Shown here piece by piece: positions 18,389-23,786 of a DNA stretch of 23,786 nt (positions are counted from its first letter, which is position 1; each line of letters begins with the position of its first letter). Both the position numbers and the translations under genes were made by a program. The DNA comes from Verrucomicrobiota bacterium (GTDB lineage Bacteria > Verrucomicrobiota > Lentisphaeria > Lentisphaerales > Lentisphaeraceae). The stretch spans positions 1-23,786 of the forward strand of contig JBDKFG010000074.1 in assembly GCA_039798785.1 (NCBI GenBank), in the 5' to 3' direction. The notes under the pieces were generated by a model that was not told the DNA's origin, searched no databases, and saw only the letters and a program-made list of their open reading frames with translations.

Positions 18389-18573
18389 GAACCACGAATG
18401 GACACGAATGGACACGAATTTTTGGGTAGCGGTGCGGCTTAGTCCAGCGCTATAGCGGGTGGCCGAGTTTCGACACATTCGGAGAGAGCTTCGGGAAAGT
18501 GGGGAAGCAGTTGGATTCATCCGATAGAATCCTGACGTAAAAATTCGTGTCCATTCGTGTCCATTCGTGGTTC
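18389..18573. repeat. Element bounded by perfect 35-bp inverted repeats of CACGAATGGA decamers
   Basis: 18389-18423 is the exact reverse complement of 18539-18573. Confidence 0.92.
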
Positions 18574-18600
18574 AATGCAGCTCTCGCTACATCGTCGTTA

Positions 18601-19251
18601 TCACGAAGGGATGACGTAGAGGATGACCATAAGACAATGGCAGGTGGCGCCGATGAGGACGAAGAGGTGCCAGATGGCGTGGGTGAATTCGAGGTGTTTG
18701 GCGGCATAGAAAAGGGCGCCGACGGTGTAGCTGAGGCCGCTGATCACCAGGAGCTGGAAAGCAATGATCGGCAAAGCGAGGAAAAGCGGAACAATGACGA
18801 GCAAAGCGAGCCAGCCCATGCCGAGGTAAGCGAAGAGGGAGAATCGCTTGAAGCGGTGGATGAAGAAAAATTTGAACAGAATGCCGGCAAAAGCGAGGAG
18901 CCAGATCGCGATCAGGAGGAGGGTGGCTTTTCGGTCCTGAAGCGTGATCAACAAGAGCGGCGTGTAGGAGCCGGCGATGAGAAGATAAATCGCGCTGTGA
19001 TCGAGGCGTTTGAGTCGGGCCCGGGTCGGGGGGTGGACGATGCTGTGATAGAGGGTCGAAGAAAGGAAGACCAGGATCAGGCTCAAGCCATAGACCAGGA
19101 CCCCGGCCCATTGCAGCGGCGACAGAACGGAAAATCCTTTCAGGCCCATGATCAGGAGTCCGGCAATTGCGGCCAGGGTACCGATGCCATGAATGGCGGC
19201 GCTGAGGCGTTCTTCGGCGGGGCTGTAGGTGGCGGCGACGACTTCGGACAT
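18601..19251 (-). CDS. Hemolysin III / PAQR-family membrane protein (YqfA/TrhA-like), 216 aa
   Basis: EE...HG, SSTLYHS, LDHSAIYLLIAGSYTP, YLGMGW, HAIWHLFVL. Confidence 0.93.
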   Translation of the reverse strand: MSEVVAATYSPAEERLSAAIHGIGTLAAIAGLLIMGLKGFSVLSPLQWAGVLVYGLSLILVFLSSTLYHSIVHPPTRARLKRLDHSAIYLLIAGSYTPLLLITLQDRKATLLLIAIWLLAFAGILFKFFFIHRFKRFSLFAYLGMGWLALLVIVPLFLALPIIAFQLLVISGLSYTVGALFYAAKHLEFTHAIWHLFVLIGATCHCLMVILYVIPS

Positions 19252-19462
19252 AAAAACCTGCTAAGGGCTGGGTGAGGGCAGAAAGCCAACCGAGCAGAAT
19301 GTCCGGAGTTTCTCAGATCAGGATAGAGCCTTGAGTCGAGATCACAAACGGGCGCAGCAAATTGGCGCGAAGGGTGTGGCGGAATCCGGAGGAAGAGCAG
19401 AGCGCAATCCGACCACGAAAAACACGAAGCCCACGAAAAGAGAAAATCGCAACCGGAAAGCC

Positions 19463-20200
19463 TCAAGGCAGGGGAGGGGCCGGAACTTGCCAAGGCTGCG
19501 CTTTTCCGAAGCGGGTGTTTTGCGATTGCCGCAAGGCGGTCCAGCCATCGGGCGAGATGAAGTCTTCTTGCGCCCAATCCTGGTGGCAACGGAGGCATTT
19601 CTGGGCGTCACAGGGGAGGGGGCGACCGGAGGGCAATTCGAAGACCTCGTATTTCCAATCGCTGGCCTGACCAGAATCGGCGAGCTTGGTCATCTGGGTG
19701 GCGAGATGAGGTGCCGCCGCACCGCTGTGATATTTGGTCTTGAGGAAAACCGCGCCGATCGAAAAATGATTTCGGCGGGAGTTCAAGATTGGTTGCTCCG
19801 CTTTGCGGTTGACAAAGATCTCGTATTCCGCCAGGGCATGCGGCCCGACTTCTTCAGCGGTGAGGGCGCGACAAGATGTGGCCACTATCGCATCCATCGG
19901 CTGACGAGAGGCGGTGATCTTGGTGAGAGCGACTTGGTCAAGGGGCACTGCGGCACGGCTGCCGCGAGGGAAGGGCAGGGTCACGGGGCTGTCGGCGATG
20001 GGGAGTTTGACAGCGGATTTCGTAACCAGGTTTTGAATTTGAAAGAAGTCAAAATCACATTCACGGCCTTCATAGCAGCAGGTGTACTCGACAATGGGTA
20101 GAGATTGGCCTAGCTCATTATTAAATTGAACGCGGTTCAATTCGCGGTGACCGCAAGAGATGCCGAGGAGGAGGAGAGCGAAAAGAGTGGGAGATTTCAT
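19463..20200 (-). CDS. Lipoprotein with C-terminal cytochrome P460/c'-beta-like monoheme domain, 245 aa
   Basis: Lipobox LGIS-C; GPH...IFVN..A...FSIGAVFLKTK...MTK...DWKY...CLRCH...DF. Confidence 0.75.
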   Translation of the reverse strand: MKSPTLFALLLLGISCGHRELNRVQFNNELGQSLPIVEYTCCYEGRECDFDFFQIQNLVTKSAVKLPIADSPVTLPFPRGSRAAVPLDQVALTKITASRQPMDAIVATSCRALTAEEVGPHALAEYEIFVNRKAEQPILNSRRNHFSIGAVFLKTKYHSGAAAPHLATQMTKLADSGQASDWKYEVFELPSGRPLPCDAQKCLRCHQDWAQEDFISPDGWTALRQSQNTRFGKAQPWQVPAPPLP

Positions 20201-20207
20201 CGGAGCC

Positions 20208-21041
20208 TCATTTGAGAGTCGAGAAGATTAACTTCCGCTCATCGTTGAAGGTTAATTTCTGATCGGAGAGCCGATTAGAGAAATGGGATCGCACCCATTC
20301 TTCTCGTTCAATACCAAGCATCCGTTCAGGGATGGCAAGGGTGCGATCGCAAGAATGGAGATGCCAAGTTCTCATCGGACCATATTGGGCCACCAATTCC
20401 GCCTCGCGTTTGGCTCGGGCAGCGAGCTCCGCAGCTTCAGCTTCCTGCTTTTTCTTGGCTTCAGCGGCTTCGACTTCGTTTTTGCGTTGGGCTGCTTCTT
20501 GTGCGGCGGCAGCATTCAGAGACGCTTGCTTGGTGCTGATCAGCAAGAGGGTTTGACCGTGGACTTGCCAAGTAGACAGACCTTCTAGCGCCTCAAGCGA
20601 TTTCGTGACATTCGACTTCTCCAAGGCGAGACGGACGATTTCTCCGTAGGGCGACTCCTCCTCTAGCTTGACCATGGTAACGATGACTCCGTCGAGGTAG
20701 ACGGTGTAGACACCTGCAGGGGCGCCGACATCCGAACGGGTGCTCCACTGCGATTCGAAGGGGTCGCAATAGAGATTCCAGCGCTGGCGCATTTGTTCTA
20801 GTTCGAGCGTTTTATAGTCATCGTACAATCCATACCCGAGTCCATAGACCGTGCCGGCAACGGCCCCACCGATAGTGAGCGGGACGGCGGTGACGACTTT
20901 CGAGGCGGTGGAGTCGGAGTCGTCCCAGACTTTCCCGCAGAGGGAGGGGCCACCGGTGCTGAGGCCGAGGACGGGGGCGGTGACGGTGCCACAGGCGGGC
21001 AGCAGGCTGAGGCCACAGGCGGCGAAGAAGGCAAGACGCAT
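20208..21041 (-). CDS. Hypothetical lipoprotein with Gly-rich hydrophobic segment and Ala/Glu/Lys coiled coil, 277 aa
   Basis: Lipobox LLPA-C; GGAG RBS; 7-bp gap to the next gene. Confidence 0.75.
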   Translation of the reverse strand: MRLAFFAACGLSLLPACGTVTAPVLGLSTGGPSLCGKVWDDSDSTASKVVTAVPLTIGGAVAGTVYGLGYGLYDDYKTLELEQMRQRWNLYCDPFESQWSTRSDVGAPAGVYTVYLDGVIVTMVKLEEESPYGEIVRLALEKSNVTKSLEALEGLSTWQVHGQTLLLISTKQASLNAAAAQEAAQRKNEVEAAEAKKKQEAEAAELAARAKREAELVAQYGPMRTWHLHSCDRTLAIPERMLGIEREEWVRSHFSNRLSDQKLTFNDERKLIFSTLK

Positions 21042-21146
21042 CGAAGATCTCCAAACTAAGGTTGAGAAAGCGGACGAAGCAATCTAGACCTGACGCTGCG
21101 GCCTACGCAAGTGGGGACTGGCAGAAAGCGCTCAAGTTCATCTTGG

Positions 21147-21223
21147 CCCTGGTTTGTAGCCCCGGCTTCAGCCGGTCGGAGCTCAGAGAACAAGCCGGCT
21201 GAAGCCGGAACTACAAACCAGGG
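21147..21223. repeat. GTAG-type REP doublet (same family as 17623-17714)
   Basis: CCCTGGTTTGTAGCCCCGGCTTCAGCCGG ... CCGGCTGAAGCCGGAACTACAAACCAGGG. Confidence 0.88.
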
Positions 21224-21230
21224 AAGGAGC

Positions 21231-22979
21231 TCAAGGCAAACGGCGGGTTTGGGCGGGAGGAGGGGTGCCCCGCACCAAGGGCAGCTTCGTCGTTTTCACG
21301 TCGAGCAGGGGCGCGAGCTCGTAGACGTTGCGGTAGCCGTAGGCGTAGAGGTTGATGTAGGTCGGGACATTGAGGGAGACGGAGACCGATTTGCTGGCCA
21401 TCGCGACAGGTTCGCCCTCGAAGTTGTTGTTGCAGTAGATCAGGATCTTGTCGTTCTTGTCGGGCAGGACGCGGGCGAGCTCGTCGAAGGAGATATCGGG
21501 GAAGGGCAGGTTGATCGCGCCTTGGAGGTGGAGCAGGGCGAACTTGTCGGGCGAGCGGCAGTCGAGGAGGATCGTGCCTTTTTCCGCCATGGCCTTGAGG
21601 AAATCAGCTTCGGAGAGGCGGCGAGTGGCGCGGTGGGCCATCGCCTCTTGGCTGATCGCAAGGAAAGCCTTTTCGTCGATGCGGGGGTTGAGCAAGGTGG
21701 TGCTGGGCGAGGCTTTTTCGTCTGGCCAGGTGACGCCGTGGGCGGCGGCTTGTTGGTGGAGGGCGGGGAGGAGCACGGCTTCGAGCTCGCCTTGGGCTTG
21801 TTGGCCTTTTTCCAAAAGGAGTTTTTTGACCAAGGTTTCGCGTTCTTCGGTGAGACTGCGGAGCTGGGTTTGCAAAGTTTGGCGTTGGGCCGCAACTTCG
21901 GCGAGGCGGGCCCGGACTTCTTCCGGCTTGAGGCCGCGCAGATTGGCCGGCAGTTGTTCCTGCGGCACTTTGCTGAGGTCAAAATCGGCTCGGGCGTTGG
22001 CGTCGACGAGATCCCAAGAAGCGTTGTCGTAGGCCTTGGAGCTTTTCGAAAAGGCCCGTTGCGAGTAGGTGCGCATGTTGTAGGAGGCGTTGCTGGCGTC
22101 GTTGGCAGCTTGATCCTTGAGCCCTTGTTGACCTTGCATGCCGTAGGGCAGGTAGGTGGAGTTGAGTTGCTCGTTGAGGGCGCGGATCTGGGGGTCGAGC
22201 GGGGTCGGCAAGTCGTTGTAGCCGTTTTCGGCCTGGATCAGGGAGCAGACACCGCCGCCGAGCTCGGCACCGTGGAACCAGAAGCCGCGTTCGGCCTCGC
22301 TGCGGGTGCCGCAATGGATGGTGTTGACGACGATGCCGCGGGCCTTGGCGGCGGGGCAGGTGGAGCGGAAATCGACCGGTCCTTGATTAAAAGGCTCGTT
22401 GCCGCAGACGAAGGCGAAGCGGAGCGGGGTGGCCGCGGACCAGGGCAATTCGGCGAGGGCGCGCTGGAGGACGCCGCCGCAGTATTCCTCGCCGCCGTTG
22501 GTGCGGAGGGCGAAGAGCTCGCGGGAGAGCGCTTCGAGGTCGGAGGTGAAGGGGAGGATCTGGCGGATGGTCATCGGGTCGCGGAGCGAAGACTTGCCGT
22601 ATTCGTAGAGGGCGACCTGGATTTTCAGGTTGCCGCCGAGGCGCTGGCCTTTGCCGAGGTCGTTGACGATCGACCAGAGCTGGGTTTTGGCCTGGTTGAT
22701 CAGGCCTTCCATCGAGCCGGAGGTGTCGAGGAGGAGGGCGATCTGCACCGTCTGGGCATCGGCGGCGGGTGCGGGAGTGCAGGGAGCGGGCCCTTGCGGG
22801 GAATCGCCGAGGGAATAAGCCGAGGAGGAATTCGACTGCAAGAAATAGGGCATCGTTTGTTGTTGCGGAGTCAGGGTTTGGATCTGCTGTGCTTGGGCAC
22901 GGGCCCGCGGGAAATTCTGGTAGGGCTGCTGGCAGGCGGCAGTGGCGGCGAGAAGGAGGAGGGGCAGTGCGGATTTCAT
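21231..22979 (-). CDS. Lipoprotein with vWA domain fused to a C-terminal rhodanese-like domain, 582 aa
   Basis: Lipobox TAA-C; MIDAS LLLDTSGSM, TNGGEEYCG, CGNEPF; ILLDCRS...HLQGAINLP...ILIYCNNNF...GYRNVYEL. Confidence 0.85.
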   Translation of the reverse strand: MKSALPLLLLAATAACQQPYQNFPRARAQAQQIQTLTPQQQTMPYFLQSNSSSAYSLGDSPQGPAPCTPAPAADAQTVQIALLLDTSGSMEGLINQAKTQLWSIVNDLGKGQRLGGNLKIQVALYEYGKSSLRDPMTIRQILPFTSDLEALSRELFALRTNGGEEYCGGVLQRALAELPWSAATPLRFAFVCGNEPFNQGPVDFRSTCPAAKARGIVVNTIHCGTRSEAERGFWFHGAELGGGVCSLIQAENGYNDLPTPLDPQIRALNEQLNSTYLPYGMQGQQGLKDQAANDASNASYNMRTYSQRAFSKSSKAYDNASWDLVDANARADFDLSKVPQEQLPANLRGLKPEEVRARLAEVAAQRQTLQTQLRSLTEERETLVKKLLLEKGQQAQGELEAVLLPALHQQAAAHGVTWPDEKASPSTTLLNPRIDEKAFLAISQEAMAHRATRRLSEADFLKAMAEKGTILLDCRSPDKFALLHLQGAINLPFPDISFDELARVLPDKNDKILIYCNNNFEGEPVAMASKSVSVSLNVPTYINLYAYGYRNVYELAPLLDVKTTKLPLVRGTPPPAQTRRLP

Positions 22980-22996
22980 CGGGGGGCTCCTGGGGT

Positions 22997-23362
22997 TTAA
23001 CAAGTTAAAGGGATAAAAGCTTGGTGCAGCTCGGGGGAGAAGGGGCGACTTTCGAAGAAAATGGGAGGAGGCTGGCTGATCGGCAGCTTCACTGGTGCTG
23101 GGCCGTTTTTGCCCTCGAGGAGAAAATGGTCGAACCCTTCTGCGCGACCGAAATAGCGGATGATGAAGCTCGGGCGTTTTGCCAAGGCCCCTTCCTGGCG
23201 GATCCTAGTAAACTGCTCCACGCTGACTGCATCGAAAGCGGTGGCGGGATAATTCCCGGGGGCCAGCGTCACGGGACTGGGCGCAGCGGGGAGGGGAGCA
23301 GGTTTCTCCTGGCAGGCGCAGAGAGCGAGGGCCAGGCTGAGGGCGAAGGTGGCGGATTTCAT
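22997..23362 (-). CDS. Small hypothetical lipoprotein, 121 aa
   Basis: AGGAGG RBS; MKSATFALSLALALCA-C; 17-bp gap to the vWA gene. Confidence 0.75.
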   Translation of the reverse strand: MKSATFALSLALALCACQEKPAPLPAAPSPVTLAPGNYPATAFDAVSVEQFTRIRQEGALAKRPSFIIRYFGRAEGFDHFLLEGKNGPAPVKLPISQPPPIFFESRPFSPELHQAFIPLTC

Positions 23363-23420
23363 GATGAGACCTCCTGAGTCAGGAAAAGATACGACTCGGG
23401 AGGGGGCGAAAGCGAGCGTC

Positions 23421-23439
23421 AATTGTAAGGGAATTGTAA
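23421..23439 (-). promoter_or_regulatory. Tandem box TTACAATT-N3-TTACAATT (11-bp period) upstream of the lipoprotein genes
   Basis: AATTGTAA at 23421-23428 and 23432-23439, overlapping a TTGACG on the minus strand. Confidence 0.45.
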
Positions 23440-23554
23440 AAAGGGGTGCAGCCGCAGCTCGAGCGTCCAAGGCACGCGTATCCAAGATGCCTCACGAGTC
23501 ATGCAGGGAACCCCTAGAAAAAAGCTTCCGTTCTGAATTCTGCCGAATTCTGTC

Positions 23555-23770
23555 GCTCGACCCCTTGCGGGTCGCACATGGTAGCCCAGGGTCGAGCCGC
23601 ATCGGCGATGACCCTGGGTTGGAGATTTCCCTGGTTCGCCGACCCGCATCGGGTCGCACAGCGCCCAGTCGAAGACTGTGCGACCCGCAAGGGGTCGGAA
23701 CTCATTTTTGCCTCATACCCAGGGTCGAGGCGACCCTGGGCTACCATGTGCGACCCGCAAGGGGTCGAGC
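23555..23770. repeat. Composite REP-like element with perfect 40-bp terminal inverted repeats
   Basis: 23555-23594 is the reverse complement of 23731-23770; internal CGACCC-GCAA-GGGGTCG and CCCAGGGT...ACCCTGGG hairpins. Confidence 0.9.
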
Positions 23771-23786
23771 AGCAGGAGCGAAGGTC

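Noticed and set aside
18547..19275. 242-aa acidic plus-strand ORF
   Set aside because: Antisense of the hydrophobic hemolysin III gene.
21111..23000. 629-aa plus-strand ORF
   Set aside because: Antisense shadow of the vWA-rhodanese gene.

Overview
High-GC bacterial chromosomal window (taxon not determinable; the repeat families loosely suggest a PVC-group organism, inference only). It holds about 21 credible genes: MoxR/YehL-type AAA ATPase, an AT-rich orphan gene bracketed by repeats, PfkB kinase divergent from rpiB, M18 aminopeptidase, a lipoprotein, a toxin-first HipA + HTH module with two palindromic operators, a secreted hypothetical, cysE, a SET-domain protein, a TPMT-like methyltransferase, oxyR divergent from a katG carrying a lipoprotein-type signal, a DUF4136-like lipoprotein, a short orphan secretin, a small ribbon-helix-helix-like protein, a hemolysin III protein, and four co-oriented lipoproteins (including a vWA-rhodanese fusion and a cytochrome P460-like protein). 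Intergenic DNA is crowded with several REP-like and short-period repeat families, with no transposase, CRISPR, tRNA or rRNA visible. The best candidate for an undescribed system is the 1.5-kb gene-free region 16548-18051. It has eight copies of a 15-bp motif (CTAACTTTTTTCGGA-like, with further copies inside the two neighbouring genes), IHF-like sites, and an AT-rich block with a second 11-bp motif array directly upstream of the orphan RHH-like gene. This resembles a centromere/origin-like nucleoprotein locus without ParA or Rep. All product calls come from motif recognition, not database searches.
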